A DNA stretch of 64,000 nucleotides from Sphyrna mokarran (GCA_024679065.1 JAGIQG010000008.1:92380001-92444000); one strand, 5' to 3'; shown: positions 1-12,982, numbered from the stretch's first letter. Notes: generated by a model from the letters alone, not told the origin. Numbers and translations are program-made.

Positions 1-419
1 AAGTTGCAACCCATGGGGCTACAGCAGATAGTTTTTAACTACTAAAAAACATCACCTGACAGTAAAATGTAACAACGTGGCCTATTCTTATAGTTTATAG
101 TACAACATTTTTGTTTTTTTTCCCTATTTCTAACAGTACATCATACTACCTATATAAAGGATTCAAGATTAATTAAGTTTTTGATGGATAAAAAGTCCAC
201 TGGACAACCTTTGTGACTCACTGGAGATCAAGGCAATTTTCCTGGGTCACTGGCAGAGAGAAACTTATCATGGAGTAAGTTAAAGTTCACAATTTTGTAT
301 GATTGTCTTAAAAATCGAGCCAACTTTTAAAAAAAAGGAACCCTTGCCTTTCTGATGCACAATCACTGTAAAATCTGCAACATGCAATAATATGAATACT
401 CATCAATGCATTGTAGCAG

Positions 420-530
420 ACTGCAGCGATTCATGAAGGCAGCTTACCACTATCTTCCTAAGGGCAGCTAGGGATTGGCAATAAATGTTGGCCAGCCAGT
501 GACACTCATGTCCAACAAATGATTAAGAAC
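420..530 (+). mobile_element. Old CR1-type 3' tail fragment
   Basis: aaggcagcttaccactatcttcctaagggcagctagggattggcaataaatgttggccagccagtgacactcatgtcc matches the tail seen at 22430-22495 and, reversed, at 33960-34070. Confidence 0.6.
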
Positions 531-646
531 AGTTATAGCTATTAGAATATACAGAAATTTATGTAAAGGGAGAGTTTTTATTTCTACTTAGGGTCACACA
601 GTAGAAAATTCTTAGAGAAAAGGAAGAAATGCCGTATCTATATCAC

Positions 647-843
647 AGGATGGATTTTCTGGAAGAGACGGGATCATCCAGTCCTGCCATTGGTGAGCCA
701 CCTCTATGGTCTCCCTGCAGAGGGTACAAACAATGTGAAACCCCATTGACAGCAGCGGGACTGGAAGATGAGGCTGGCAGCCAATGGTGGGCTGCCTCCG
801 CTGCCACCAAACGCGTCACGGAAGAGAGTCAGAAAATCCCACC
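647..843. mobile_element. ~190-bp MITE-like element (Harbinger-type TIR family)
   Basis: Begins ggatggattttc and ends gaaaatcccacc; internally similar to 20373-20563 and 20916-21094. Confidence 0.55.
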
Positions 844-1094
844 AAGTATCTTTTTTGATCTTAGAACATTCCAAAGTGTGAGAAGCTTCAATGAAGCGCT
901 TTTGTATTTTACAATGTGTGGCAACCATTTTGCATGTAGCAAGTCCAAACAAACAGCAAAGAGGTTATTTTCAGATAATCTGTTTTAGCGACGTTGACTG
1001 TAGGATACATAACGGTGAGAACACAAGGACAATTCTCCTACTCTTCCTATACCCACCCGAGAGAACAGACTGAGCTTGGGTGTAGCTTTCAAAT

Positions 1095-1245
1095 AAAGGC
1101 AGCATGGTGGTCTGTTGCCTCACAGTGTGAGGGGCCCAAGCTCAATTCCAGTGTGAATAACTGCCTGTGTGGAGTTTGCACATTCTCCCCATATCTGCAT
1201 AGGTTTCCTCCAAGTGCTGTGGTTTCCTTCCACAATCCAATGAAA
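1095..1245 (+). mobile_element. HE1/V-SINE, 5' part
   Basis: tRNA-like head followed by the V-domain tgtgtggagtttgcacattctccccatatctgcataggtttcctcc. Confidence 0.75.
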
Positions 1246-1542
1246 GTATTAAAAGCAAATCAAAATGTTCCTGTTCCAACATCATAATTCTCAGCAAACA
1301 ATATTAATGCACAGACACTTGCTGTGTGTGCCATTCTTAGTCAGTGGAAGAACCTTGTCTGAAATTTTTGCTGCATTTTGAGTACTGCAGGAAGTTTGAG
1401 GAGTAGAAATGTGATTTTTTAATATGGGTTTTAATACTTCCCATCTAAATTTTTAAAGAAACTTTAAAACTAAATTTAAAACAAGTCTCTTTTGGCCTCA
1501 AATTACTTGTTTTACTAGATTTAAATAAAATGAATACAAATT

Positions 1543-1615
1543 AACAATAACAACAGCAACGGCTTGTACTTATATAGTGTCTTTAATGTGGAAAATGTCC
1601 CAAGGCACTTTACAG
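1543..1615 (-). mobile_element. L2-type 3' tail fragment
   Basis: aacaacagcaacggcttgtacttatatagtgtctttaatgtggaaaatgtcccaaggcactttacag is the reverse of a typical L2/L2-SINE terminus. Confidence 0.55.
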
Positions 1616-2699
1616 ATTAAAGTTATATTTTCTCACATTGCTGCATCAGCTTATTATTGGAAGGGAACTAAAATAATCATTTTAGTTGTTTATTGTTTCT
1701 TTACGGCAGTAATTTTTTTTTTGCATAGTGAATTTGGTCAGCAAATATATATGCAAAATATTATTAGCCTGCTGTGCTGCAAAAACCTAGTCTTGGCACA
1801 ACGTTTTGTACAATAAAGAGATGCTGCAAAACCCAATAGATATCTTTTTGCTCGTACTTAATGAGAGTGTGCATTCCACATTTGTGTTTGGCAAGATGAG
1901 GTTGGAGTGTGTAGCGTATGCAGTGTGATATGTGCTAAAAGCCTAGAGGTAGATGTTCAGGTCATCATGCAAATCAGAAAATTTGGGCAAGAATGCTTTG
2001 GACCCAATTCCTTCAGTGCATAATTTCCTGGCCAGCTGCTGCTTGCGTGCTTGAGTGTTTGCACACGTTTTGTATTGTGCCCCCAAGGGTTGGAAATGCA
2101 TGCAAAAGCAATTTCTCGGGGTTGCCTGTTTCTGCAGAGGGGCATACATATGATGGAGCTGTTAAAAGGCAATGGACTTTGGACATTTTCATCTCTTGCA
2201 ATGTTGATAATGCTGTGTTCCTTTCAGATCTTTTTTTAAACACCGCTCTATTTTATTAATAGAAATTTACAGTGATATTTTTGGAAGGATCATTTTTATT
2301 TTCTTTTAAAAAGGTCAATCTTAAACACCTCAGAATAAAAGCGCTCCCATCATTGCCTCCTCAGTCAACAGAAATCAGGCTGTTCAGAACTTCAGCAGAA
2401 CAGACACAAGTGAACAAAAAGGGCACAGAAAATGGAGTTCTTCCAAAAGCCTGACAGCACAAAAAGCTACAAGGCATCCAGATACAAACCTGTGTGAGCA
2501 GTGAGTGAAAGTTTAATTTAGGAGGTTTCTCAAATACAGCGTTTTATGTTGAAGTGATATAAGATAAGGAAAGCATGGCAGAGAGCATCATTGGATCTTT
2601 ATTTGCACCACACATACAACCTTAGTGCACCCATCTCCCAATGACCAAACATAGAGCCTTTATTGGAATTGGTCAGCAAGGAGCCACTTTGCAGCTTTT

Positions 2700-3005
2700 A
2701 GAATTATAGAATCCCTACAGTGCAGAAGGAAGCCATTCAACCCTTCCAGTCTGGACCGACCACAATCCTACCCAAGCTCTATCTGCATAATCCTGTGCAT
2801 TTACCCTAACAAATCACCCCTTACACTAAGGGGCAAGTTACCATGGCTAATCCACCTAACCCACACATCTTTCTGGGAGGAAACCAGAGCACCTGGAGGA
2901 AACCACGCAGACAGGGAGAGAATGTGCAAACTCTACACAGTCAGAGACCTAAATAGGGATCGAACCTGGGTCCTTCGCATTGTGAGGGAGCAGTGCTAAT
3001 CACTG
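2700..3005 (-). mobile_element. HE1/V-SINE with CR1-type tail
   Basis: atagaatccctacagtgcagaagg tail, reversed V-domain (gggaggaaaccagagcacctggaggaaacc) and reversed tRNA head (atcgaacctgggtcc). Confidence 0.85.
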
Positions 3006-4439
3006 AAGCTCAACTGAAGTTGGCTCTGTCAGTGGCTCTGAAGGTCATTTTATTCCTTATATTTAAGTCTTTGGCTCGTTGGAGACCTGCACTGGCCTGC
3101 AGTGTCAAAGAGAGCATCTCTCTTCATATCTACCTGATGGAGACTAAGATCTGTTTTGCCAGCTTGAAATGCTACTTTTTCACTTGCCACTGGATTTCAA
3201 ACTGTCTTCCACATGCTGTCTTCTCATTCCCTTTTTATTGGGCCTGACATATCTTCCCTCCTGTTTCCTCTTTGTCTCTTGTCAAAGGCTACAAATAGGT
3301 TGAAACACCTTTTGAACATTTGCAAAGGTGATAACCACCTTATCCCCTCACAAATCTTTACATTTTGCTACACCACCATTATCTAGTTCCCATTTTCATC
3401 AGGTTAGCACCCTGGAAAAGTCAAAGCTATACTTTGAGCAGTGAATATTATGGAGCTGAGCTGTACAAAATACATTATACACTACACTCCTGACTAACTT
3501 TACACTGGAATTTACTCTTTTAGTCTTTGCTACATTTGAAATTGTACTCTCCCTCTTTGAGGTTCAAGTGTCTCTCTATATCTGCAGTTACCTATGAATG
3601 TAAACTGCTGTGAAACATGAAAAGAGAAAAGTTAAGATAGAATTTCTCTTTGTGTATATTCATGCAAAACCTCAGAACAGGATTTACATTCAGTTTGGTT
3701 TGAGTGTGCAATTTTGGTTCAAGTCTTCCCCACATGTGTATCTCCACCCTGCTGTCAGGGTGGTTTTGTTTTTCATATCCTAATACTCTTCTCTTGGAAA
3801 GTATTGCAGAGTTGAGGAAGGATTTACAAGCTGATGAACTAACTTTGGGGCCACAACACGAATGCTTCTTCCATTGCCGTAACCCTCTTCACGCTAGAGG
3901 GTAGTTAGTCCGATATTTTATGGATTCCAACAACCCAAATAATGAAGGTTTCTCACCTGGGATGCTTGTGCAATCTAGCATTGCTATGGTACCAGAAGAG
4001 GATATTTTCAAGGGTAGGAAAGCCTGTTTAATTGATTGCAGGTCGAGAGAACTTGACAGCTGAAGCATTGAAACACATGCAGGCCAATAGTTTCAAGCCT
4101 GAATAGGGAATCCGGCCACCAGTTCAGCTCTGGGTCCCAACCCCAAAAGGCACTTTCCCAACATCCCAAATTTTTAAAGGGTCAGGCCAATTAATGGCAA
4201 AAATGGCTGCCAATTACAGATGACAGAGGTTGGAGGGATATGGAAGCCTTCCCGCATCAGCAGCCCCACCGGCTGATGGTTTGTAATCGAGTGAGAGAGA
4301 GTACCTTAACATGTTGGTGTCCTCTGAAGAAAAGTTTTCTTTTCATTTAAAACAACCAGACCTGCCAAGTAGTGATTGTGAAAGGATAACCCCTTCAAAG
4401 GACAGCCAGCGGCCACAGCTGTGCCTCAGCAGATGTTAA

Positions 4440-4712
4440 GTTTTAGTTTAGCTATTAGTATCACAGGTAGGATTACATTAACACTGCAATGAAGTTACTG
4501 TGGAAATCTCCTAGTTGCCACATGCTGGTGCAGGTTCATGTACACTGAGGGACAATTTAGCAAGGCCAGTGCACCTAACCAGCATGCCTTTCAGACTGTG
4601 GGAGGAAATCAGAGCACGCGAAGAACATGGGGAGACATGAGGAGAATATACAAACAGTGACCCAAGCTGGGAATTGAATCCAAGTCCCTGCTGTTGTGAG
4701 GCAGCAGTACTG
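4440..4712 (-). mobile_element. HE1/V-SINE with alternative (gtgacactaataaa-type) tail
   Basis: Reversed V-domain and head; tail tattagtatcacaggtaggattacattaacactgcaatgaagttactg. Confidence 0.8.
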
Positions 4713-4924
4713 TAATCAGGAAAAGTGGGAGGTGGGAAGGTCCCTCATGTGATCCATCACACTCCACCCCTTTCCCCTACCCCATTCTGAGCCCACCATC
4801 TTGACCTGAACTCTGAGCCTGAACAACCCCAGTTGACTCTGGAAATGAAGCAATTACCAGTGACTGGCCTGATTTGTCTGCCCACTGGGAAGTGGCAAAT
4901 AGCCAAACATTGTGCCATTCTGCA

Positions 4925-5235
4925 GCAAGATGCCACAGTGGTCAGCATTATTGTCTCACAGTGCCAGGGGCCCAGGTTCAATTCTGGCCTTGGGTCACTG
5001 TCTGTGTGGAGTTTATACCTTTTCCCTGTGTTTGCATGTGTCTCCACGTGCTCTGTTAGCTTCCACAGTCCAAAGATACGTGGATTAGGTTGATTGGCCA
5101 TTCCAAATTGCCTCATTAGTGTCGGGGGATAAGCAGGATAAATACATGGGGTTAAGAGAATAAGGCTTAGGTGGGATTGTGCACACTTTAAAGGCCAAAT
5201 GGCTGCCTTCTGCTCTGTAAGGATTCAATAATTCT
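4925..5235 (+). mobile_element. HE1/V-SINE with CR1-type tail
   Basis: Head cacagtggtcagc...ggttcaattctggc, V-domain, tail ggccaaatggctgccttctgctctgtaaggattc. Confidence 0.85.
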
Positions 5236-6415
5236 ACAAACTTCTCTCTCTGAAAGTGGTGAGTTTCTGATCGTGGTGGCAAAGCAGTAGAGGCAGTGGT
5301 ACAAAATTGTGCACTTGCCCACTTCTGATTCAGACTCTGTGCTTTATCTCAGTCAAAATCTCAGATTATTAGTTACCGATGGAGTGGGTGGGCTTTCTGG
5401 AAAGGAAGTTTTTTTTTCTTTCTTTTATTCACATCCATTTGCTTGCTCTTGTTGCTGCTACATTAAATGTAGCATGCACATTGCTGCATGAATTTCAGCT
5501 ATTGGCTGAGGCACACCTGAATGAATTACACAAGGTGACTATTCTCTCACATAATCACTGTTGTGTGTGCGTATGCATGTATGTGCGTGCGTGCATGTGT
5601 GTCACTGAGTGGGGATTGAAACCTTCGTTTTGTGTGCAGTGGCGGTATCAAATATTGACCCTCTGTACAATGAAACAGGTCAGGTGGGTTTGGAAGGGAT
5701 TCTCATTTGATTATAATATCAGTGGAACATTTCTTTCATCCTCTGACGGAAACTGTCAAATTAATGCTGGATGAAATTATCCTGTGTGTTTCTTTTCTTT
5801 GGATGTTGGATGCAAGTTGCTTGGCGTTCATTTTACATTTAGCCCTCAAGTCATTAGAGAGCACATCACAAAATGCTTCTTGTGAGGGATGGCTTCAAAC
5901 CCAGGTCCTTGCGGAGTAAAGATTATATTCCTGTCCACTTTGCCACCCTATCTGTTTCTTTCTCCCCACAAGGGAAACCCTATAGCACCAAATACTTCAC
6001 CATCACTTCCCCCGCCAGTCTCCATCCCTCCAACCCCCCCTCTCCAAACCTACCCCCCCACCCCCAAGCTTTTATAAGTAATGTGAGGGCTTGTAATTGT
6101 TCGGCAGAAATTTCTAAAGACTTCTCGTACAAAACCAGCATGTGTTGCTGATATCAGTAACGACAGCACACAGTCCCACCACCCCCGCACCAACACTGAT
6201 GTATAGAGTCAACTCCACTACACACAGCAACAGCAGGGCTTTTGTACAGCTTGGTCAACAGAGCATGCCACATAGGATCAGGATTTCTGTCGGCCGCATA
6301 TGGCAATGACGAAGGCTCATGTGCCAAGCTAAAACGTGCACTCTTTACGCTGCTGGTTATTAGGAATAAATTTAGGGCAAACGATCTTTCCTTTTGTGCT
6401 ACATGAAAAGGCTGC

Positions 6416-6448
<33 letters not shown>
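6416..6448. repeat. (GT)n microsatellite
   Basis: Directly visible TG run. Confidence 0.95.
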
Positions 6449-6449
<1 letters not shown>

Positions 6450-7354
6450 ATACAGTTCTCCTGGAATGGGATGCTCTGAGCCTGTGAATAGCACGTGTCT
6501 GATTGATAAGGAAGTTGCAGCTGATTCTGCTCCTGCTAATTGTCTTTCAAATGCCCTCATTAATCATTGTGAGGACTGGCTCTGAAGAGCGGGGCTGTCA
6601 GCGTTGCCGTGATCTTCGTCTGCTTGCCACACTGCATGAGGCCTGGCTCGTATTGAAACCATGGCCTTCCCAGTGGTTGCACTGCCTGCTCGCTGCTATG
6701 TGCACCTGGCTTTGATAGGCTGGAGGCAGCCTGGCACTAATGCAAGTTTTACCCCAGAGACCAATTTAGCTGTCCCCATAGCTCAGGAACTGATAGCCTC
6801 CTGTCTTTGTGCACTGCAGGATGAAATGAATAAACAAATGTAATTACTTCTGCGCGTAACTTTCTTGCGGTAAGAGGGCTATTAGTGTTAAAACAAACTT
6901 GAATTTTTCACCAAGGGCTGATGGATTTCTAGGGGAGCAATTTTCTTTTTGGCAGCGAAGGTGCAGCATTTTTAAATTGCACTCGGTTGAGATGGAGCAA
7001 CATGATTTTAGTCCTTGGCTACGATAATACTTATCGCAATTAAAATGAGGGCTGGAATTTTCCAGTCACGCTAAAGTCAATGGTTGTTTGAATGGCTCAC
7101 AGCACCTGCTGTGATAGGCCAAAAAATTCCGGACAGCGCTTTTAAAATAATTGCACGAGGCAGGGTTTCCGAATCCCACAGGAATGCATCTAGTCGAGTA
7201 CAACAGGCTTTAAAATGTACTCCGTGTGGAAACACTTCCTTCTGCCAATCCCCCCAGTCATCCGTTCTGTGATCTTTCTGTCTCTGTGACCTCACTACCT
7301 CGAGCAGTGTGTCCTTTTCACTCACTTCACTGGGAATAACCTGTTGTAAAACAC

Positions 7355-7476
7355 GGATTTTAATGGCCTCGCTCATCCCGAAACCATAAAATCCCGTCCG
7401 AGGTCAACGGATCTTTCCATTGTCTGTCCCTCACTCACTTCAATTCCTCTGGTGGAGGGACACTGAAACTCTGGTC
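7355..7476. mobile_element. ~120-bp MITE (Harbinger-type TIR family A)
   Basis: ggattttaatggcctcgctcatcccgaaaccataaaatcccgtccgaggtcaacggatctttcc, recurring many times in the window. Confidence 0.65.
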
Positions 7477-7951
7477 TATTATTTCAGAATGTATCGCCAC
7501 AATTCAACATTTGCAGACATGATAGTCCACATGTAAATTCTTGAAGCTAATTTATTATACACAGATACTGTTTACACTATCCACACCTCCCCTCCCCCAC
7601 AAAATATTCCTTTCAACCCTGTAAATAATAAACTTTCATCAGCCTGAAGGAGGTGCCGTTCACACAATGAGCGCTAAATAATTATAGCCCCTTCAGCACA
7701 ACCTAAACCCTTAGTGATTGAGCTACCAACACAGAAACTGGTAGTTCTCATAAATGAAAAAGTGCTGACCTTTTAACATTTTCATTATCACTTGCAAAGC
7801 TCCTGTGGCATTGCTCATATTAACGCCCACGACGCACTGTTCTAGAAAGACAGAAGGAATGTTTGCAATGTGTTTCATCAGTGAGGCTGTGTCTAACTTT
7901 GTATGTCATTGTAAGGCCACTTGTTGTTGTGAAATAGTGCTTTTCCCACAG

Positions 7952-7963
7952 ACAGATCCTGAG
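7952..7963 (+). other. Candidate 12-nt micro-exon of an unidentified host gene
   Basis: gtgcttttcccacag|ACAGATCCTGAG|gtaaat: pyrimidine tract with AG acceptor, GAG/GTAAAT donor, frame-preserving length, upstream ctaac. Confidence 0.3.
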
Positions 7964-8009
7964 GTAAATTTAAAAAGCAGGAAACTTCTTTTCTCATTTA
8001 AAAAAAATC

Positions 8010-8230
8010 ACGATGATGGAAGTGTCAATCACAAGGGGACACAGGTTAAGGTGAGAACGGAGAAGTTTAAGAGAGATATGCAGGGGAGGTTTTTCACGCA
8101 GAGAGTAGTCGATGCCTGGAAAAAGAGTGAAAGAGTAGAAGCTGCCAAAGGATATGATGGAAGCAGGTACGTTAGTATCATTTAAGAGGCATCTGGATGG
8201 TACATGAAGAGGGAGGGAATAGAGGGATCA
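8010..8230 (+). mobile_element. CR1 LINE ORF2 3' fragment
   Basis: Encodes KGTQVKVRTEKFKRDMQGRFFTQRVVDAW, the CR1 C-terminal motif. Confidence 0.85.
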
Positions 8231-8465
8231 GACCAATGGCTAATCTATCTAATCTACACATCCTGGGTCTCTAAGGGGTAATTTAACATGACCAATCCAT
8301 TAACCTTCACATCTTTGGAGAGTGGGAGGAGCTGTAGCACCTGAAGGAAATCCATGCAGACACAGGGAGAATGTAGAAATTCCGCACAGGTGATGACAGA
8401 AGACTGGAATTGAACTTGGGTCCTTTGCTCTGTTAGGCAGCAGTGCTAACCACTGTGCCAATATG
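8231..8465 (-). mobile_element. HE1/V-SINE
   Basis: Reversed V-domain and head (gcagcagtgctaaccactgtgcc). Confidence 0.8.
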
Positions 8466-8531
8466 TCACATTGTGAAGTGAATCGGAGTCAAAGGTTTGT
8501 ACCTGTGAACGAATTGTCAGCATTTGCTGAT

Positions 8532-10070
8532 ACATAAGAACATAAGAAATAGGAGCAGGAGTAGGCCATCTAGCCCCTCGAGCCTGCCCCGCCATTCAAT
8601 AAGATCATGGCTGATCTAATAGTGGTTCAGTTCCACTTACCCGCCTGCTCCCTATAACCCTTAATTCCCTTATTGGTCAAAAATCTGTCTATTTGTGACT
8701 TAAACGCATTTAACAAGGTAGTGTCCACTGCTTCAATGGGCAGAGAATTCCAAGAATTCACTACTCTTTGAGAGAAGAAGTTCCTCCTCAGCTCTCTTCT
8801 AAATTGACTTCCTCATATTTTGAGGCTGTGCCCTCTAGTTTTTGTTTCCATACTGAATGGAAATAATCTCACTAGTTCTATCCAGTCTAGCCCCCTCATT
8901 ACCTTATATGTCTCTATAAGATCCCCCTCAGTCTTCTAAACTCCAATAAGTACAGGCCCAGGCTACTCAATCTCTCCTCATAACCCCCTCATTTCTGGAA
9001 TCAACCTGGTGAACCTTCTCTGCACTCCCTCCAAAGCTAATATATCTTTTCTTAAATAAGGGAACTAAAATTGTACACAGTACTCTAGGTGTGGCCTCAT
9101 CAGGCCACACTTTGTTCAACTGCAGCAAGACCTCCCTGCTTTTATATTCCATCCCTCTCGCGATAAAGGCCAACATTCCATTTGCCTTCCTGATCACCGG
9201 CTGCACCTGCACCTGTGATTCTTGCACAAGGACCCCCAGATCCCTCTGCACAGTAGCATGTTGTAATTTTTCATCATTTAAATAATAGACCATTTTACTA
9301 TTATTCCTTCCAAAGTGGATAACCTTACACTTGCCAAAGTTATACTCCATCTGCCAGATCCTTGCCCACTCACTTAGCCTATCCCAATCTCTCGGCAGAC
9401 TTTCTATGTCCTCCACGCAATTTGCTTTCCCACTCATCTTTGTGTCATCTGCAAACTTTGTTACCCTACACTTGGTCTCCTCCTCCAAATTGTCTATGTA
9501 TATGGTAAACAGTTGAGGCCCAAGCACTGATTCTTGCGGCCCGTCACTAGTCACTGTCTGCCAAATGGAAAAGCACCCATTTATTCTGACTCTCTGCTTT
9601 CTATTAGATAGCCAATTCTCAATCTATGCTAACACTTTGCCCCTAACTGTGTACCTTTATCTTATGCGGCAACCTTTTGTGAGACACCTTATCAGATCCC
9701 TTCTGGAAATCTAAATATACCACATCCGCTGGTTCCCTTCTGTCAACCACGCTCGTTATATTTTCATAAAAATCCAGTAAGTTCATCAAACGTGACTTTC
9801 CCTTCATGAATCCATGTTGCGTCTGCTTGATTGAACCATTCTTTTCCAGATGTTGTACTATTTCTTCCTTAATGATAGATTCCAGTATTTTCTCAACTAT
9901 GGATGTTAAGCTAACCAGCCTGTAGTTACCCACCTTTTTAAACAGTGGTGTTACATTAGCTGTTTTCCAATCAGCTCCCCAGAATCCAGTGAATTTTGAT
10001 AAATTACAACTAACGCATCTGCTACTACTTTTGCCGTTTTTTTTAGTACCCTGGGATGCATTCCATCCCT
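8532..10070 (-). mobile_element. 5'-truncated CR1 LINE (RT domain, frameshifted)
   Basis: ORFs 9643-9933 (NYRLVSLTS..QHGF..VVYLDFQK) and 8967-9554 (PQESVLGPQLF..KFADDTK); (acataaga)n tail at 8532-8550. Confidence 0.95.
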
Positions 10071-10084
10071 ACATATTTTTACTC

Positions 10085-10320
10085 ACCACTCCCTCTAACC
10101 TACGCATCTCAGGACACTAAGGGGCAATTTAGCATGGCCAATCAACCTAATCTGCACATCTTTGGACTGAAGGGAGGAAACCAGAGCATCCAGAGGAAAC
10201 CCACGCAGACATAAGGAGAATGTGCAAACTCCATATAGACAGTGACCCAAGCCAGGAATCGAACCCAGGTCGCTGGAGCTGTGAAGTAGCAGTGCTAACC
10301 ACTGTGCTACCGTGCTGCCT
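10085..10320 (-). mobile_element. HE1/V-SINE
   Basis: Reversed V-domain and tRNA head (ggaatcgaacccagg...gtgctaaccactgtgctacc). Confidence 0.85.
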
Positions 10321-10404
10321 TGAGAAGTGACTTAGTATAATTTGCAGTCCTGTATTTGCATTTTAATGATGATGAGTCATTGTATTATCCTGTAGGAAGT
10401 AATG

Positions 10405-11308
10405 ATTTTGATTTGATTTGATTTGTTATTGTCACAAGTATTGGAAGTATTGTTTCTTGCATGCTATACAGGCAAAACACACCGTTCATAGAGAAGGAAA
10501 CGAGAGAGTGCAGAATGTAGTGTTACAGTTAAAGCTAGGGTGTAAAGAAGTGTCAACTTAATGCAAGGTAAATCTGTTCAAAAATCTGACAGCAGCAGCG
10601 AAGAAGCCGTTCCTGAGTCAGTTGGTACATGACCTCAAACTTCTGTATCTTTTTCCCAACGGATGAAGGTGGAAAAGAGAATGTCCGGGATGTGTGGAGT
10701 CCTTAATTATGCTGGCTACTTTGCCGAGGCAGCGGAAAGTGTAGACAGAATTAATGGCTGGTTTGCGTGATGAATTAGGTTACATTCACGACCTTTTATA
10801 GTTCTATGCAGTCTTGGGCAGAGGAGAAGCCATACCAAGCTGTGATACAACCAGAAAGAATGCTTTTTATGGTACATCTGTAAAAGTTGGTGAGCATCAT
10901 AGCTGACATGCCAAATTTCCTTAGTCTTCTGAGAAAGCAGAGGCATTGGTGGGCTTTCTTAACTATAGTATCTGTTTGTTGGTGATCTGCACGCCTAAAA
11001 ACTTGAAGCTCTCGATCCTTTCTACTTCGTCTCCAGTTGATGTAGACAGGAGCATATTCTCCTTTACGCTTCCTGAGGTTGATGATTATCTCCTTTGTTT
11101 CGTTGACATTGTGGGAGAGATTATTGTTGCCACACCAGTTCACCAGATTCTCTATCTCATTCCTGTATTCTGTCTCATTTGAGATCTGACCCACTATGAT
11201 GGTGTCGTCAGCAAACTTGAAAATTTAATTGGAGGGGAATTTGGCCACAGTCATAGGTGTATAAGGAGTATAGTGGGGGCTGAGAATACACCCTTGTGGG
11301 GCACCGGC
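10405..11308 (-). mobile_element. Rex1/Babar LINE 3' fragment
   Basis: ORF 10796-11194 contains NLSHNVNETKEIII and VKKAHQCLCFLRRLRKFGMS..FYRCTIKSILSGCITAWYG; (tttga)n tail. Confidence 0.9.
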
Positions 11309-11319
11309 TCTAATGGCAT

Positions 11320-11410
11320 TAAAACAGAAAATACTGGAAAAATCTCAACAGGTTTGGCTGCATCAGCAGGAAGAGAATTGCACCAATGTTTCGAGTCGAA
11401 ATGACCCGGT
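11320..11410. mobile_element. Penelope-type terminal repeat remnant
   Basis: aaaacagaaaatactggaaaaatctcaacaggtttggctgcatc...gtttcgagtcgaaatgaccc, same family as 12983-13465 and 57160-57275. Confidence 0.5.
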
Positions 11411-11595
11411 ACTGGATTGCTTCAGAATGTAAGTTCTACAATGAAAGATTTTTAAAGTGGATAATGTCTTCAGAAAAGAGTGTTTCAAGTTTTTAAACGG
11501 GGAAGAGCACTATGTAATTTTTTTGCCTTGTGAGTACCGTGATGATAGATTCTGATATTTTTATCATCAGATTTTAGAAATTGGTAAACTATTTG

Positions 11596-11720
11596 GGTGG
11601 AATTCTCCGGTTGCACTGGTCTAAAATCCAGAAATTCCTGCCCCAACATCAATGGACCTTCACACTGTCTGCAAGCTGCCCGCTGTAATTGGAGTGGCAA
11701 GCGGAGTGGAAGAATTTCGT
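11596..11720. mobile_element. ~120-bp MITE family A
   Basis: gggtggaattctccgg...aatggaccttc...ggaagaatttcgtcc. Confidence 0.65.
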
Positions 11721-12982
11721 CCTTTCCTTCTGACCAGTTTCTCCTGACGGTTTTCCTTTATCAGTTCTCAATTGTGCTATCTTGCTGTTTTGTGAGATTA
11801 AGTGTACAGTGCCTCAGGTATAGTTAATGTTATAGACTGTCTGTAATCAGAATTAGAATCAGATAAATCTTTTATGTGTTTCATAAACAACCTTGTCTAT
11901 AATAATGACTTAATTGACCACCTGAAATAGCAGAATGCAGGGTGTAATTAACTAGAGGAACAATTTACTACTATAGGAAAATTAGTTACCAGCACTACCA
12001 ATTTCAACATCCCCCCAAAAATTTACAGCAGGCACACAATTTATTGGAATATTTTTATATATCAGCATTCTTAATTTTCTTCAAATATTGTTATATAAAT
12101 GTATAGTAATTCCTTTAAATTGCCTGTGAATTGTGCAACAGGATTATTCTGCAGTGAGGATACTGCAATAGCCTCTGTCTTCAATCAATTTCAGTTCAAC
12201 TCTGTGTCTAACTGTTGTTACCATTTTCTGGAGACTGTAGCACATGCATTATGTTAAAAAATTACAGATGGTGATGAGCGTAAGGCTGCAATTTAATCTC
12301 GGGGTTCAAGTGACATTTGTAATCACATAAGCTTTGCTCTTATGGTTTATGATGTTGTCTGAAGTCAAATAAATTACAACCTTATTACTTCCACCATCCA
12401 TAATCCTATAGCAGTTTCCCACTTGAAATCACAGAGTAATAGTGTTGTAGGCTATGCATAAAAAATGGTAGGTTCCTGGTAATTACGTATTCATTACACT
12501 GAGCCCTAAATAATTGATTGTTTCTGATTTAAAGGGGAATTCCCATGAAATGATTGATTTGCAAGTCAGAGAGCCCTATATGCAGACTGAAATACTACAG
12601 AGCAATATTTTATATGATAGATGGATTCCTTGCAAGTTGTAGAACTTCACAGCACAGCAGGAGTTAATTCTGCTCATTGGGTTTCTGTCGACCACTTTGG
12701 AGAAGAGGAGCTTATAACCATGATCGAAGGGCAGAACAGATTCAATGGGCCGAATCTTATGGACCGAATGGCTTAATTCTCCTCTTATATCTTATGAACT
12801 TAATTCGAAAACTCAAAACAAATGCATCGCCTTGCTGTCTCCTCATAGGGTGTTGCCCTCCTTTTTTGGTTTGGAGGAAGTGCCTACTTACCTTTAGAAT
12901 GGCTTAACACTTCTTTATGCCTGGCTTGCATTTGCTTGACTGTGTTTTGCAGATGGGGAATTAAACAAGATAACTTTACTGA

